A stretch of 64,000 nt of DNA from NCBI RefSeq assembly GCF_058153355.1, contig NZ_CM177019.1; one strand, written 5' to 3'. Shown one piece after another: positions 42,691 through 56,649 of the stretch. The notes below the pieces were generated by a model that did not search any database, was not told the origin of the DNA, and saw nothing but the letters and a program-made list of their open reading frames with translations. The stretch's first letter is position 1. Each line of letters begins with the position of its first letter. A program made the position numbers and the translations under genes.

Positions 42691-43431
42691 ATGCGTAAAA
42701 TCGCATTAATTCTTGCGATGTTGTTGATCCCGTGCGTTTCGTTTGCCGGTTTGCTGGGCAGCAGTAGCTCGACCACGCCAGTGAGCAAAGAGTATAAGCA
42801 GCAGTTGATGGGCTCCCCTGTCTACATCCAGATCTTCAAGGAAGAGCGCACTCTCGATCTCTACGTCAAAATGGGTGAGCAATATCAACTGCTCGACAGC
42901 TATAAAATCTGTAAATATTCCGGCGGCTTAGGACCTAAACAGCGTCAGGGAGATTTCAAAAGCCCGGAAGGGTTTTATAGCGTCCAGCGTAATCAGTTAA
43001 AACCAGACAGTCGTTATTACAAAGCGATTAATATTGGTTTCCCCAATGCCTATGACCGTGCACATGGTTATGAAGGGAAATACCTGATGATTCACGGCGA
43101 TTGTGTTTCCATCGGCTGCTACGCGATGACCAATCAAGGTATTGATGAGATCTTCCAGTTCGTTACTGGCGCGCTGGTGTTTGGTCAGCCGAGTGTGCAG
43201 GTAAGTATTTATCCTTTCCGCATGACCGACGCCAACATGCAGCGCCATAAATATTCCAACTTTAAGGACTTCTGGGAGCAACTGAAGCCGGGTTACGACT
43301 ACTTTGAGCAAACCCGTAAGCCACCAACCGTTTCTGTGGTCAATGGCCGTTACGTCGTCAGCAAACCGTTGAGCCATGAAGTGGTGCAGCCACAGCTGGC
43401 ATCAAACTACACGCTCCCCGAGGCAAAATAA
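42691..43431 (+). CDS. yafK: L,D-transpeptidase-family protein YafK
   Basis: 246-aa ORF with signal peptide and YkuD/LDT-like catalytic region (HGDCVSIGC). Confidence 0.85.
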   Translation: MRKIALILAMLLIPCVSFAGLLGSSSSTTPVSKEYKQQLMGSPVYIQIFKEERTLDLYVKMGEQYQLLDSYKICKYSGGLGPKQRQGDFKSPEGFYSVQRNQLKPDSRYYKAINIGFPNAYDRAHGYEGKYLMIHGDCVSIGCYAMTNQGIDEIFQFVTGALVFGQPSVQVSIYPFRMTDANMQRHKYSNFKDFWEQLKPGYDYFEQTRKPPTVSVVNGRYVVSKPLSHEVVQPQLASNYTLPEAK

Positions 43432-44169
43432 GCGCCATTCGCCTGGCATAATCTTTTGCCAGGTTTCATTGCCCGTCAGCGGCTGTGTCGCAATCACCGT
43501 GACCACATCATTCGGTGTGGTCTGCGAGCTGAAGTCGATTTCCACATCCTGATCCAGCAACGTTGCCACGCCAAACGGCGCGCGGCGGGTGATCCAGTGC
43601 AGATTGGTCGAGCAATACGCCATTACATAGCGTCCGTCCGAAAGTAGCATGTTGAAAACGCCCTTCTGCCGCAGTTCATCCGCCAGTGAGGCGATATATT
43701 TAAACACTGCCGCCATGTTGCCTGGTGTGCGCGGGTAACGCTGTGTTAATTTATGCAGCAGCCAGCAAAAGGCTTTTTCGCTGTCGGTTTCACCTACCGG
43801 GCGGAAGTTGCCGGTTTCCAGTGACTTGTACCCCGTCAGTTGCCCGTTATGGGCATAAGTCCAGTTGCGTCCCCATAACTCGCGGGTAAACGGATGAGTA
43901 TTTTCCAGTGCCACCTCGCCCCGATTCGCCTGGCGAATATGAGCAATTACCGAGCAGGATTTGATTGGATAGTCCTGGACCAGTTTGGCGATAGGGGAAT
44001 TAAAGCTGGGTTGCGGATCTTTAAATGTGCGACAGCCTTTACCTTCGTAAAAGGTAATGCCCCAGCCATCTTTATGTGGCCCGGTTCCACCACCACGCTG
44101 CACCAGACCGGTGAAACTAAAGCAGATATCGGTAGGGACGTTAGCGCTCATCCCGAGCAATTCGCACAT
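43402..44169 (-). CDS. yafJ: Class II glutamine amidotransferase-like protein YafJ
   Basis: Start [12 protein letters not shown] (N-terminal Cys nucleophile); the track ORF extends to 44184. Confidence 0.85.
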   Translation of the reverse strand: MCELLGMSANVPTDICFSFTGLVQRGGGTGPHKDGWGITFYEGKGCRTFKDPQPSFNSPIAKLVQDYPIKSCSVIAHIRQANRGEVALENTHPFTRELWGRNWTYAHNGQLTGYKSLETGNFRPVGETDSEKAFCWLLHKLTQRYPRTPGNMAAVFKYIASLADELRQKGVFNMLLSDGRYVMAYCSTNLHWITRRAPFGVATLLDQDVEIDFSSQTTPNDVVTVIATQPLTGNETWQKIMPGEWRLFCLGERVV

Positions 44170-44234
44170 CGGTAACCTCCACAACAGCGAGGGCGCATGG
44201 CCCCCGGCGAAGATTGATTTAAGAATTTTCAGGT

Positions 44235-44370
44235 CGGATGCGGCGTGAACGCATTATTCGGCCTACGGTTCGGGTACAGATTTGTAGGCATGATAAGACG
44301 CGTCAGCGTCGCATCAGGCATCAGCGCACAAGTGCCGGATGCGGCGTAAACGCCTTATCCAGCCTACGCC
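44235..44370. repeat. REP/BIME cluster
   Basis: Several cggatgcggcg...gcctac units in alternating orientation. Confidence 0.85.
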
Positions 44371-44374
44371 AGAC

Positions 44375-44953
44375 TTACTTAACCATCTCTTTTTCAATTA
44401 ACTGGATCAGGATATGGATCACTTTAATGTGAATCTCCTGAATGCGGTCGGCATAACCAAAGTGCGGAACGCGAATTTCGATATCCGCTGTGCCAGCCAT
44501 TTTGCCGCCGTCTTTACCCGTCAGGGTGATCACTTTCATCCCCTTCTCACGCGCCGCTGCGATCGCTTTGATCACGTTTGCAGAGTTACCGGAGGTGGAA
44601 ATCCCCAGCAGTACATCGCCTTCGCGACCTACCGCTTCAACGTAGCGGGAGAAAATATCATTGAAACCGAAATCATTACCGACGCAGGAAATATGACTAA
44701 CGTCAGAAATGGCAATCGCCGGATAGCCCGGACGGTTTTCACGGTAGCGCCCCGTCAACTCTTCGGCAAAGTGCATGGCGTCGCAATGGGAACCGCCATT
44801 ACCGCAGGAAAGCACCTTACCACCGGCTTTAAAGCTATCTGCTAACAGGACCGCCGCGCGCTGAATGGCGTGAATATTGGCGTCATCTTTTAAAAAGTTA
44901 GCCAGCGTTTCCGCCGCTTCGTTCAGTTCGTTACGAATAAGATCCTGGTACAT
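44375..44953 (-). CDS. gmhA: Sedoheptulose-7-phosphate isomerase
   Basis: 192-aa ORF from [17 protein letters not shown] domain; the track ORF extends upstream. Confidence 0.9.
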
Positions 44954-45192
44954 GAGGATATCCTTCAGCATAAATGTAATAGACAAAATGCAGTGTACCG
45001 GATACCGCCAAAAGCGAGAAGTACGGGCAGGTGCGATGACCAGGACTTTTTGACCTGAAGTGCGGATAAAAACAGCAACAATGTGAGCTTTGTTGTAATT
45101 ATATTGTAAACACATTGCTAAATGTTTTTACATCCACTACAACCATATCATCACAAGTGGTCAGACCTCCTACAAGTAAGGGGCTTTTCGTT

Positions 45193-47637
45193 ATGATGAT
45201 TTTGAGTATTCTCGCTACGGTTGTCCTGCTCGGCGCGTTGTTCTATCACCGCGTGAGCTTATTTATCAGCAGTCTGATTTTGCTCGCCTGGACAGCCGCC
45301 CTCGGCGTCGCTGGTCTGTGGTCGGCGTGGGTACTGGTGCCTCTGGCCATTATCCTCGTACCGTTTAACTTTGCGCCTATGCGTAAGTCGATGATTTCTG
45401 CGCCGGTATTTCGTGGATTCCGTAAGGTGATGCCACCGATGTCACGCACTGAAAAAGAAGCGATTGATGCAGGCACTACCTGGTGGGAAGGCGACTTGTT
45501 CCAGGGTAAGCCGGACTGGAAAAAGCTGCATAACTATCCGCAGCCGCGCCTGACCGCAGAAGAGCAAGCGTTTCTCGACGGCCCGGTAGAAGAAGCCTGC
45601 CGGATGGCGAATGATTTCCAGATTACTCATGAGCTGGCTGATTTGCCGCCGGAGCTGTGGGCGTACCTTAAAGAGCATCGTTTCTTCGCGATGATCATCA
45701 AAAAAGAGTACGGCGGGCTGGAGTTCTCGGCTTATGCCCAATCTCGTGTGCTGCAAAAACTCTCCGGCGTGAGCGGGATCCTGGCGATTACCGTCGGCGT
45801 GCCGAACTCATTAGGCCCGGGCGAGTTGCTGCAACATTACGGCACTGACGAGCAGAAAAATCACTATCTGCCGCGTCTGGCGCGTGGTCAGGAGATCCCT
45901 TGCTTTGCACTGACCAGCCCGGAAGCGGGTTCCGATGCGGGCGCGATTCCGGATACCGGGATTGTCTGCATGGGCGAGTGGCAGGGCCAGCAGGTGCTGG
46001 GGATGCGACTGACCTGGAACAAACGCTACATTACGCTCGCGCCAATTGCTACCGTGCTTGGGCTGGCGTTTAAACTCTCCGACCCGGAAAAACTGCTGGG
46101 TGGTGCAGAAGATTTAGGTATTACCTGTGCACTTATCCCGACCACCACGCCAGGCGTGGAAATTGGTCGTCGCCACTTTCCGCTGAACGTACCGTTCCAG
46201 AACGGACCGACGCGCGGCAAAGATGTCTTCGTACCGATCGACTACATTATCGGCGGACCAAAAATGGCCGGGCAAGGCTGGCGGATGCTGGTGGAGTGTC
46301 TCTCCGTGGGGCGCGGCATCACCCTACCTTCCAACTCAACCGGCGGCGTGAAGTCGGTGGCGCTGGCAACGGGCGCGTATGCGCACATTCGCCGTCAGTT
46401 CAAAATCTCTATCGGTAAGATGGAAGGGATTGAAGAGCCGCTGGCGCGTATTGCCGGTAATGCCTACGTGATGGATGCTGCGGCATCGCTGATTACCTAC
46501 GGCATTATGCTCGGTGAAAAACCTGCCGTGCTGTCGGCTATCGTTAAGTATCACTGTACCCACCGTGGGCAGCAGTCGATTATTGATGCGATGGATATCA
46601 CCGGGGGTAAAGGCATTATGCTCGGTCAGAGCAACTTCCTGGCACGAGCTTACCAGGGCGCACCGATTGCCATCACCGTTGAAGGGGCCAACATTCTGAC
46701 CCGCAGCATGATGATCTTCGGTCAGGGAGCGATACGTTGCCATCCGTACGTGCTGGAAGAGATGGAAGCGGCGAAGAACAATGACGTTAACGCGTTCGAT
46801 AAACTGCTATTCAAACATATCGGCCACGTCGGCAGTAACAAAGTTCGCAGCTTCTGGCTGGGCCTGACGCGCGGTTTAACCAGCAGCACACCAACCGGCG
46901 ATGCCACTAAACGCTACTATCAGCATCTTAACCGCCTGAGCGCCAACCTCGCCCTGCTTTCTGATGTCTCGATGGCGGTGCTGGGTGGCAGCCTGAAACG
47001 TCGCGAACGCATCTCGGCACGTCTGGGTGATATTTTAAGTCAGCTTTACCTCGCCTCTGCCGTTCTGAAGCGTTATGACGACGAAGGCCGTAATGAAGCC
47101 GACCTGCCGCTGGTGCATTGGGGCGTACAGGATGCGCTGTATCAGGCTGAACAGGCAATGGACGATTTACTGCAAAACTTCCCGAACCGCGTGGTTGCCG
47201 GGCTGCTGAATGTGGTGATCTTCCCGACCGGACGCCATTATCTGGCACCGTCTGACAAACTGGATCATAAAGTGGCGAAGATTTTACAAGTGCCTAACGC
47301 CACCCGTTCACGTATTGGTCGCGGTCAGTACCTGACGCCGAGCGAGCATAACCCGGTTGGTTTACTGGAAGAGGCGCTGGTGGATGTGATTGCCGCCGAT
47401 CCGATTCATCAGCGGATCTGTAAAGATCTGGGTAAAAACCTGCCATTTACCCGTCTGGATGAACTGGCGCACAACGCGCTGGCAAAGGGGCTGATTGATA
47501 AAGATGAAGCCGCTATTCTGGTGAAAGCTGAAGAGAGTCGTCTGCGCAGTATTAACGTTGATGACTTTGATCCGGAAGAGCTGGCGACGAAGCCGGTAAA
47601 GTTGCCGGAGAAAGTGCGGAAAGTTGAAGCCGCATAA
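45193..47637 (+). CDS. fadE: Acyl-CoA dehydrogenase FadE
   Basis: 814-aa ORF from [20 protein letters not shown]; the track ORF begins at 45115. Confidence 0.9.
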   Translation: MMILSILATVVLLGALFYHRVSLFISSLILLAWTAALGVAGLWSAWVLVPLAIILVPFNFAPMRKSMISAPVFRGFRKVMPPMSRTEKEAIDAGTTWWEGDLFQGKPDWKKLHNYPQPRLTAEEQAFLDGPVEEACRMANDFQITHELADLPPELWAYLKEHRFFAMIIKKEYGGLEFSAYAQSRVLQKLSGVSGILAITVGVPNSLGPGELLQHYGTDEQKNHYLPRLARGQEIPCFALTSPEAGSDAGAIPDTGIVCMGEWQGQQVLGMRLTWNKRYITLAPIATVLGLAFKLSDPEKLLGGAEDLGITCALIPTTTPGVEIGRRHFPLNVPFQNGPTRGKDVFVPIDYIIGGPKMAGQGWRMLVECLSVGRGITLPSNSTGGVKSVALATGAYAHIRRQFKISIGKMEGIEEPLARIAGNAYVMDAAASLITYGIMLGEKPAVLSAIVKYHCTHRGQQSIIDAMDITGGKGIMLGQSNFLARAYQGAPIAITVEGANILTRSMMIFGQGAIRCHPYVLEEMEAAKNNDVNAFDKLLFKHIGHVGSNKVRSFWLGLTRGLTSSTPTGDATKRYYQHLNRLSANLALLSDVSMAVLGGSLKRRERISARLGDILSQLYLASAVLKRYDDEGRNEADLPLVHWGVQDALYQAEQAMDDLLQNFPNRVVAGLLNVVIFPTGRHYLAPSDKLDHKVAKILQVPNATRSRIGRGQYLTPSEHNPVGLLEEALVDVIAADPIHQRICKDLGKNLPFTRLDELAHNALAKGLIDKDEAAILVKAEESRLRSINVDDFDPEELATKPVKLPEKVRKVEAA

Positions 47638-47645
47638 TTGAATAA

Positions 47646-47670
47646 CGGAGCCGAAAGGCTCCGTTTCTTT
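47646..47670 (+). terminator. Rho-independent terminator between convergent fadE and ivy
   Basis: Hairpin cggagcc-gaaa-ggctccg followed by TTTCTTT. Confidence 0.7.
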
Positions 47671-47679
47671 ATCCGCTAA

Positions 47680-48153
47680 TTATTTAAAATTAAAGCCATC
47701 CGGATGATTTTCCAGGCTGCCGGTCAACGCCGCGAATAGCACCGTTTTACCATCAATCGAAAGCGCATCATTCACATTCAACCAGGTGAGTTTCTCTTGC
47801 GAGGTTTTCTCATCAATGGTCGAGAACAGCCCCGTCATCTGATTAGATTTCTCGGACCACATCACAGCGATACGTTGCGAGCCACAGTCATGCGGTTTGC
47901 ACGCGCTCATCACCTGATACGTCTCATCTCCCAATGTCACGGTTTGTGCGGGGGTATAAGTACCGCCTTTCATCACCCAGGCAGGCAGCTTATGCCCTTG
48001 CACCATCTGACTAAACGCAGCTTTGGTGGTTTCGCCCTTTGCAAGGCTGCTAATGGTTAAATCATCCTGCGCCATTGCACTGGTGGCGATGACCAGTGCG
48101 GCGACTGTCGTTATTGCCTTAAACATCATTCCTCCCGAGCTTATCCTGCCCAT
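47680..48153 (-). CDS. ivy: Inhibitor of vertebrate C-type lysozyme
   Basis: 157-aa ORF with signal peptide and conserved CKPHDCG loop. Confidence 0.9.
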   Translation of the reverse strand: MGRISSGGMMFKAITTVAALVIATSAMAQDDLTISSLAKGETTKAAFSQMVQGHKLPAWVMKGGTYTPAQTVTLGDETYQVMSACKPHDCGSQRIAVMWSEKSNQMTGLFSTIDEKTSQEKLTWLNVNDALSIDGKTVLFAALTGSLENHPDGFNFK

Positions 48154-48306
48154 GTTATTAACCTCCTAAAGCCTGGCGATAACACGATAATTTGCAAATC
48201 AGATATTTCCAATATCAGCATTTGTTATCAATTTATTCTGCGCTAAGGCAACTGCCTGATAAGGTGTTAGAGTTATAAAACCCTTCGCATAAAGGAGTTG
48301 TACACC

Positions 48307-49077
48307 GTGCCTGGTTTGAAGATTACGCTTTTACAGCAACCACTGGTGTGGATGGATGGTCCTGCCAACCTGCGTCATTTTGATCGTCAACTGGAAGGTA
48401 TTACCGGACGCGATGTGATCGTTCTACCGGAGATGTTTACCAGCGGCTTTGCCATGGAAGCGGCAGCTTCGTCGCTAGCACAAGATGACGTAGTGAACTG
48501 GATGACAGCCAAAGCGCAGCAGTGCAATGCGCTGATTGCAGGCAGTGTTGCATTACAAACAGAGTCTGGTTCGGTTAACCGCTTTTTGCTGGTTGAGCCG
48601 GGCGGCACGGTACATTTTTATGATAAGCGTCATCTGTTCCGCATGGCAGATGAGCATCTGCATTATAAAGCGGGCAATGCGCGAGTGATTGTGGAATGGC
48701 GCGGCTGGCGTATTTTGCCGCTGGTGTGCTACGACTTACGTTTTCCGGTGTGGTCGCGCAATCTCAACGATTATGACCTCGCCATCTACGTCGCCAACTG
48801 GCCTGCCCCACGCTCTCTGCACTGGCAGGCATTGTTGACAGCCCGCGCGATTGAGAATCAGGCGTATGTGGCGGGATGCAATCGCGTCGGCAGCGATGGC
48901 AATGGCTGCCATTATCGCGGTGACAGCCGGGTGATTAATCCACAGGGCGAGATTATCGCTACTGCCGACGCGCATCAGGCAACGCGCATTGATGCGGAGC
49001 TGTCGATGGCGGTGTTACGGGAATATAGAGAAAAGTTTCCAGCATGGCAGGATGCGGATGAGTTTAGGTTGTGGTGA
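48307..49077 (+). CDS. yafV: Nitrilase-superfamily omega-amidase YafV
   Basis: CN-hydrolase sequence; GTG at 48307 is 9 nt after the AAAGGAG RBS (the track ORF starts at TTG 48298). Confidence 0.85.
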   Translation: MPGLKITLLQQPLVWMDGPANLRHFDRQLEGITGRDVIVLPEMFTSGFAMEAAASSLAQDDVVNWMTAKAQQCNALIAGSVALQTESGSVNRFLLVEPGGTVHFYDKRHLFRMADEHLHYKAGNARVIVEWRGWRILPLVCYDLRFPVWSRNLNDYDLAIYVANWPAPRSLHWQALLTARAIENQAYVAGCNRVGSDGNGCHYRGDSRVINPQGEIIATADAHQATRIDAELSMAVLREYREKFPAWQDADEFRLW

Positions 49078-49079
49078 GT

Positions 49080-49300
49080 GGGTGTTGTGTTTAGGACCGG
49101 GGAGAGTCGGGGTAAGACTACGAAAGCCCGCTCTCCTGCGACCACTTTTATCATAGGAGTGTGGAAGCGCTTTTCCATCAATTGCGATGACGTCTTTATC
49201 ATTTGATGAATGGCAATCTCGCATCCAGTTAATAAAGCATTCGTGAAATTATACTGAACGGATACAAGACATAACTCTAATTATGGTGCCGTGAACAGGA
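49080..49300 (-). mobile_element. ISAs1-family (H-repeat) transposase remnant, yafF-like
   Basis: Degenerate fragments ([40 protein letters not shown]) homologous to the second remnant at 50800-51340. Confidence 0.65.
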
Positions 49301-49348
49301 TTACCATTTTCAAAATTACGATATTATTTGCAGTAATTATGTTATTAA

Positions 49349-49861
49349 TCATTGTGATATTTCCATCTCTGTGATTAATACCGGATAAGCATTTAATTGC
49401 AGAGTTTGCACGAAATTATCGCAGATAACTGGCAATAACAATAACCCATCAGCCCGCTGCTGTAATACCTCCATTCGTTCTACTGATTCAACATTAACAA
49501 CCAAACCAAGGGCATTTAGCGATTTAAGGATCTCCAGATGTTCACTCATCCAGCGCAGAGAAAAAGGATCATCACCAATTATAAAAACAGGCCCCCAGCC
49601 GGTTAATAACTGGCGTTTCATTACGGAACCAGGATGAAGTCGAGTACATATTACAGGAAATACCCCCTGTTGCGATGGTTCCAATGATGTGGATAATTCA
49701 GAAATATTTTCCATTGTTAGTGAAGAATTAACATCCATTAATAATGGTGAAACAACCTCACTTTCCTTGCTAGTAATGGCTGCACTAATCTGAGAGGAAA
49801 ATAACAATATTATTACGTATAAACTCATTTTTAACATAACAAATTCAATCCGTTTATTCAT
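49349..49861 (-). CDS. Hypothetical secreted protein
   Basis: 170-aa ORF with N-terminal signal-like hydrophobic segment; AT-rich. Confidence 0.45.
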   Translation of the reverse strand: MNKRIEFVMLKMSLYVIILLFSSQISAAITSKESEVVSPLLMDVNSSLTMENISELSTSLEPSQQGVFPVICTRLHPGSVMKRQLLTGWGPVFIIGDDPFSLRWMSEHLEILKSLNALGLVVNVESVERMEVLQQRADGLLLLPVICDNFVQTLQLNAYPVLITEMEISQ

Positions 49862-49927
49862 GTTATAGAATAATGATGCTATAAATCATCATTAATGTTC
49901 AATTATTTAATCACACAGTTTAAAAAA

Positions 49928-50431
49928 TCATTGACCAATGTGAATTGGCAATGTACCACTCAAGTTAAAATCACTGAATATTTTATCAATTTCTCTTGCA
50001 GTTTCTATATATTTAACCTCTTTCGTACTTGCATTATAAATAGCCCAAGCCTCGGGATGGGATGTTCCACCAAACCTTACAAAAAAACTTGATTTCATAT
50101 TATTATATAAATTAACATCAGGAAAAGGATCTTCTCCAAAATTAGTAGTATTGAATAATGAAAGTTCGTATCGCTTAGAAAATTCTGTTGGTAGGATAGC
50201 TTCACTGCCATCAATAGCATTCATCCAGAGTTTGTTACCATTATATTCCAACAATAATCTCTGTTTTGCATGTGTCTTATCTCGTTCTTTAACGACAGCG
50301 AATACCTTTTTAACAACTTGCTGTGCGGATGGTCCTATTGTATTACCAAAAGCTGGCAACCCGATTTTGCCATAAACACTCTCCTGAATAAAATAAATAT
50401 CCGTTTTATCGGCCTCGACAATATCTACCAT
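49928..50431 (-). CDS. Hypothetical protein
   Basis: 167-aa ORF, AT-rich, no recognised motif. Confidence 0.4.
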   Translation of the reverse strand: MVDIVEADKTDIYFIQESVYGKIGLPAFGNTIGPSAQQVVKKVFAVVKERDKTHAKQRLLLEYNGNKLWMNAIDGSEAILPTEFSKRYELSLFNTTNFGEDPFPDVNLYNNMKSSFFVRFGGTSHPEAWAIYNASTKEVKYIETAREIDKIFSDFNLSGTLPIHIGQ

Positions 50432-50799
50432 TTATCCCTCCAAACAAGACCTGACTCCAGGACAAGAGCATAGTGTGTAGTAAACACTTCATGCTCTTGC
50501 CCTGACCATTGAAATAACAACTTTCGTTTGTTTACTGTACGCTGTCTAAATAGCTGCGTGGAATAAAGTTGCACTTTTTATCATCCCTTGCAGAGCAAGA
50601 TTACGAAAACCCGTCTCCGCAAGGACTGACGCGAGGTAGTCTCTGTCCGTAGCTGCTTTCACATCTTACATCTTGCCCCTGCCTTGAGTATCTTATCTTT
50701 CTTTGAAATATTAATAGCGATGTTCCGTATCCCTGAAATAATTCTGCTGCATTTCCTCTTCTTATTTTGAAGTCGTCTTTATTCATTACCACGTCCAGA

Positions 50800-51340
50800 T
50801 GCTAGTGCAATTTATTCTCCACTTGCCAGTGATTTCGGTTCGCTGTGGCGAACTTCTCTGCGGTTAAATCAGCAGAAATGCTAAAATATCTGACCGTCAT
50901 TTCGGGATTTTTCTTTTGTTCTGCTATTATTGAGCGAAATGAGACTGCCATGCATAATTTCTTCAGCCCTTTCCATTCAAACGTAAAATCAATAAATTCA
51001 TCAGGGACATCGCAAATAATATGAAGACGGATTTTAATGACATAAATCGCTCCCTTGCGGCGACTCTTGTCATAAGAGTGCCGAAGCGTTTTTCCATCAA
51101 TTGCAATGACATCTTTATCATCTGAGGAATGGCAGTCACGCATCCAGTTAATAAAGCACTCATGAAATTTTGCAGGACTGATACAGGATACAACTCTGGC
51201 AATGATATCGTGAATAGGAATACCATTTTCAAAATCACCATATCACTTCAAAAAATCGGGATGTGTTTCCCCAAATCCTCTATATCTTCCCAGCCTTATG
51301 CACCAGAAATAACGGCGCAAATAGTTAACAGATAGAATAT
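50800..51340 (-). mobile_element. ISAs1-family (H-repeat) transposase remnant with internal deletion
   Basis: Fragments with [19 protein letters not shown] and C-terminal [11 protein letters not shown] motifs, out of frame. Confidence 0.7.
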
Positions 51341-51683
51341 CTGGCAATTTATGCTCCACTTTCCAGGCTTGCCTGTAATCGGGGATAATAGAAATATGTT
51401 CCATCAATTTTTTAAGTTCCATTTTGTCCCCCTTAATTATGCAATGAGTATTTGATCATGTATAAGCAATGAAAAACAGCTTTAGGTAATAAGGAACACC
51501 TCAATTATTGAACATAAAATGCGAATTATTTAGTACAAAAAAAGCAGCATTAAGTGAGTAGGCCACCGGAACCTCCCCGACAGCCTCTCGCAGAACCGTA
51601 CGTGAAACTCTCGCTTCATACGGCTCCCGTCAGGCAAACGCGCTTCCTGGTCCTGCTTTCCAGTGGGCAAACAACTCCGGCTT

Positions 51684-52955
51684 CTATTTTGACAGCCTTT
51701 CCATTAGCTGACACGCCTTCGTCTTTCTATACCGCAGGGTTTTATATTTCTTTCTCGCCCACGCAATCAGCGTCAGATTAATATATCTGCATACTTTCTT
51801 CATCGCTGATTTGTGGTATCTCGCGTAATAATTCAGCCACCCCGATATTATCGGATTCAGCCACTTCGCAATATCTTCGAGACTCATCTCCACCCTGCGT
51901 CTGATCCACTGTTTCCTGAGTTTTCCAATCATGCCTTTCTGCGCACGGTTACTCGCCGCCGGGCTGAAACTCGTAAAGAGGTTTCCCCGCCGGTGGTTAC
52001 GTGCTCTTCGCGCTCTGAACGTATACCCCAGAAAATCAAACTGCACTGTTTCATGGTTCGCCTGTCGTTCGCTGTCTTTGCAGTAAACTATTTTCGTTTT
52101 CTCCGGATGTAATTCCAGTCCACATTCCTGAAAACGTTTTGCCAGCTTATTCAGTAATTCCTCTGCCTGTTGTTTACTGCCACAATGAATTAATCCATCA
52201 TCTGCATAACGGCACCAGGGAATTTCCGGATAATGTAACGTCAGCCATTTATCAAACACATAGTGCAGAAATAAATTCGCCAGTACCGGGCTGATGACTC
52301 CACCCTGTGGCGTACCTTTATTTCTTTCCTTCAGTGTTCCATCCGGCATCTGCACCGGCGCTGTCAGCCACCGGCGAATAGACAGTCTTACCCATTTATC
52401 CGCACAATGTTTATCTACTGCCCTGAGTAATAAATCGTGGGAGATATTATCGAATAACCCTTTAATATCAAACTCAAGACACCAGTCGTATTGCCAGCAA
52501 CGTTTTCTGGTGACTGCTATTGCATCCAGCGCTGATTTTCCATGCCGGTATCCGTATGAATCATTCAGGAAATAACGCTCCACTAATGGTTCAAACGTTA
52601 CCAGCACCGTCATCTGCGCTATTCGATCGCTTACTGTCGGTATTCCTAAAAGTCTTTTGCTGCCATCCTTCTTCGGAATTTCCACCGCACGCACTGGCGG
52701 CGGCATCCAGCTTCCCGACGATAACCTGTTCCAGATTTTGTACAGATTTCCTTTCAGATCCCGCTCAAAATCTTTCAGCGTCTGGTTATCCACTCCGGCA
52801 GCTCCGGCATTCGCCTTTATCCGCCGGTACGCTTCCACCACATGCAATTTACTGACCTGAAACGGTTTTGTCTGTTCACACACAGCCTCCTCCTGCCTAC
52901 AGTTGGGCTGTGATGCAGACTGCCCGACGCTGTCCCTTCGCTCCACGTTCATTAC
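51684..52955 (-). CDS. Group II intron-encoded reverse transcriptase/maturase
   Basis: RT motifs (LLGIPTVSDRIAQ, YADDGLI) and maturase X region; start set at MNVERRD because the upstream in-frame extension runs into the IS21 terminus. Confidence 0.85.
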   Translation of the reverse strand, partial: VMNVERRDSVGQSASQPNCRQEEAVCEQTKPFQVSKLHVVEAYRRIKANAGAAGVDNQTLKDFERDLKGNLYKIWNRLSSGSWMPPPVRAVEIPKKDGSKRLLGIPTVSDRIAQMTVLVTFEPLVERYFLNDSYGYRHGKSALDAIAVTRKRCWQYDWCLEFDIKGLFDNISHDLLLRAVDKHCADKWVRLSIRRWLTAPVQMPDGTLKERNKGTPQGGVISPVLANLFLHYVFDKWLTLHYPEIPWCRYADDGLIHCGSKQQAEELLNKLAKRFQECGLELHPEKTKIVYCKDSERQANHETVQFDFLGYTFRARRARNHRRGNLFTSFSPAASNRAQKGMIGKLRKQWIRRRVEMSLEDIAKWLNPIISGWLNYYARYHKSAMKKVCRYINLTLIAWARKKYKTLRYRKTKACQLMERLSK

Positions 52956-53153
52956 AAACGCTTCCTCACTACTACGAACAGCTCTGCCCCGGTTTCGCAC
53001 ATCGATACTCTCATACTCATAATTTCGGTTATTTGTATTTCTCTCTTGACATTGCGACGACCGGTTCCCGTAGTTCCTGCAAAGAGCCTGATATGTCAAC
53101 GCCACGATTTTTAACCGTTATTTGCCATTTTCATGCCCGCTAAGATACTTTCG

Positions 53154-55123
<1,970 letters not shown>

Positions 55124-55574
55124 GTTGATGTCCTTTCTGGTGTGGGAACCTTAAGGAAACAACATGTTGGGTGGAGCGGACAATCCAAATGGCGAATTAC
55201 CGTCTTATATCACTGGCGCTGACAGATACAGCGTCATGCCTGCTATACACCGGACACCATTCACGCAGCATTCGGAATTCACCCGTAAATTAATCCCGGC
55301 GGTATCACGAAACCTCCGGTTTTGATGTCACTTAGGACTAACGACGTTTCAACACAGGTTCGGGTTTACTCATCTCACTGTATCTCACATAGGATCAGAT
55401 CTCGTCTGATCGTTCCCCCTGCGCTCACTACCATGGCTCTTTACCACAGCAGCCGGGGTTGTTTGGGACCGACTTCCGACAGCAGATCCCGGTGGGCCTG
55501 CCACCATCTCTTCACAAGCTTATGCTTATTACATGCAAAACGTCCCGTTTTGCATCTTTGTGCCTACGGCACAC

Positions 55575-55899
55575 CGTGATCTTTCCCTGGACTCGATTTC
55601 GGTTTTGAAGGCGCTTCTATGCCCATAATATCCGGCGCTGAGATAAAAAAGCTATGGCACTGCACACAATGTACAACATGCTGGCTATAACTGTTTTTAA
55701 ACCTGTAGCCCTGATAACCAAATTCATTTGCCGGGCGCTCACAGCATGAACATTTTTCCTGAACTATTTCTGGTTCAGTCATATAAGGAGCAACAACATG
55801 AGTCAGTGATTTATATACCAGCTCAACAGGATGAGTTGTTATATCGACTTCGGAAATATTCATATTATTAATTCTCCAGACATTTTTAATTATAATCAA
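55575..55899 (-). CDS. Hypothetical Cys-rich small protein whose 3' end abuts the group II intron 5' boundary
   Basis: ORF with CSCCERP...CVQCH cysteine pattern; reading frame runs into the putative intron start. Confidence 0.3.
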
Positions 55900-56046
55900 T
55901 GATGGTTTTGTGCGAGTAGCAAGAAATTTCTTTATGTTTTTTTCAGGTACTTTAAGACGAACCTAACAATTCCAATGTAAAAATTAATTATCATGCTGAC
56001 TTTAGATCTACATACATCAGCACTGATACTCACTGTAATGAGTGAG

Positions 56047-56649
56047 TTATTTATCATAATTTCTCAATTGCACAGCATCACAAAGATGTTCATTTTTTAT
56101 ATCATACGAATATTCTACTTCACTACCATCATCACATTTTTTTGGCTGTGAAAAAGCATGAATTATAATATTTTCGCCATGAGAGTCGCATTCATTTTGA
56201 AGTATATCCATATCTTCCTGTGAATATGCCTGCATATAACTATATGGATTTTTTAGAATTTCAGACAACGGGAAAACATCCTCTTTCAATGAAATAGAGT
56301 CACCCAATGCCAGTAATTTATAATAATAATCTTTATCACCACCTTCTAAATCCCATGTAAAAAGGAATTGTCCCTCATCCCAGAACACTATTGCATTACG
56401 TTCTCCAGTGGCCCAGTTAAGACCCAGCATACAGAAATTATTTTTTAAATAATTCTTTTTATATAACAATAATAAATATCTTAAAGATTCTTCATAATGA
56501 CTTCTGTAAGGATCTTTCATGGTAACATGAAAGTATGATTCAGGTTTATCCCTAAATATTCCGAAACCGGGGGATTCAGGCAATGGTTTCGATAACGCTT
56601 CACCTGCAAACATGAATAAAACAGACAATATGATACTTCTGATTTTCAT
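56047..56649 (-). CDS. Hypothetical secreted protein (candidate immunity protein)
   Basis: 200-aa ORF with signal peptide MKIRSIILSVLFMFAGEALS; AT-rich; 4-bp overlap with the upstream ORF. Confidence 0.45.
   Translation of the reverse strand: MKIRSIILSVLFMFAGEALSKPLPESPGFGIFRDKPESYFHVTMKDPYRSHYEESLRYLLLLYKKNYLKNNFCMLGLNWATGERNAIVFWDEGQFLFTWDLEGGDKDYYYKLLALGDSISLKEDVFPLSEILKNPYSYMQAYSQEDMDILQNECDSHGENIIIHAFSQPKKCDDGSEVEYSYDIKNEHLCDAVQLRNYDK

Noticed and set aside
48975-49224. Short ORFs overlapping the yafV 3' end (48975-49202, 49015-49224)
   Set aside because: They are frameshifted pieces of a degenerate H-repeat transposase, so they are annotated as a remnant rather than as genes.
52956-53105. 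Upstream in-frame extension of the group II intron RT ORF to 53105
   Set aside because: The extension runs into the IS21 terminal inverted repeat, so it is an artefact of the insertion; the start was set at MNVERRD (52955).
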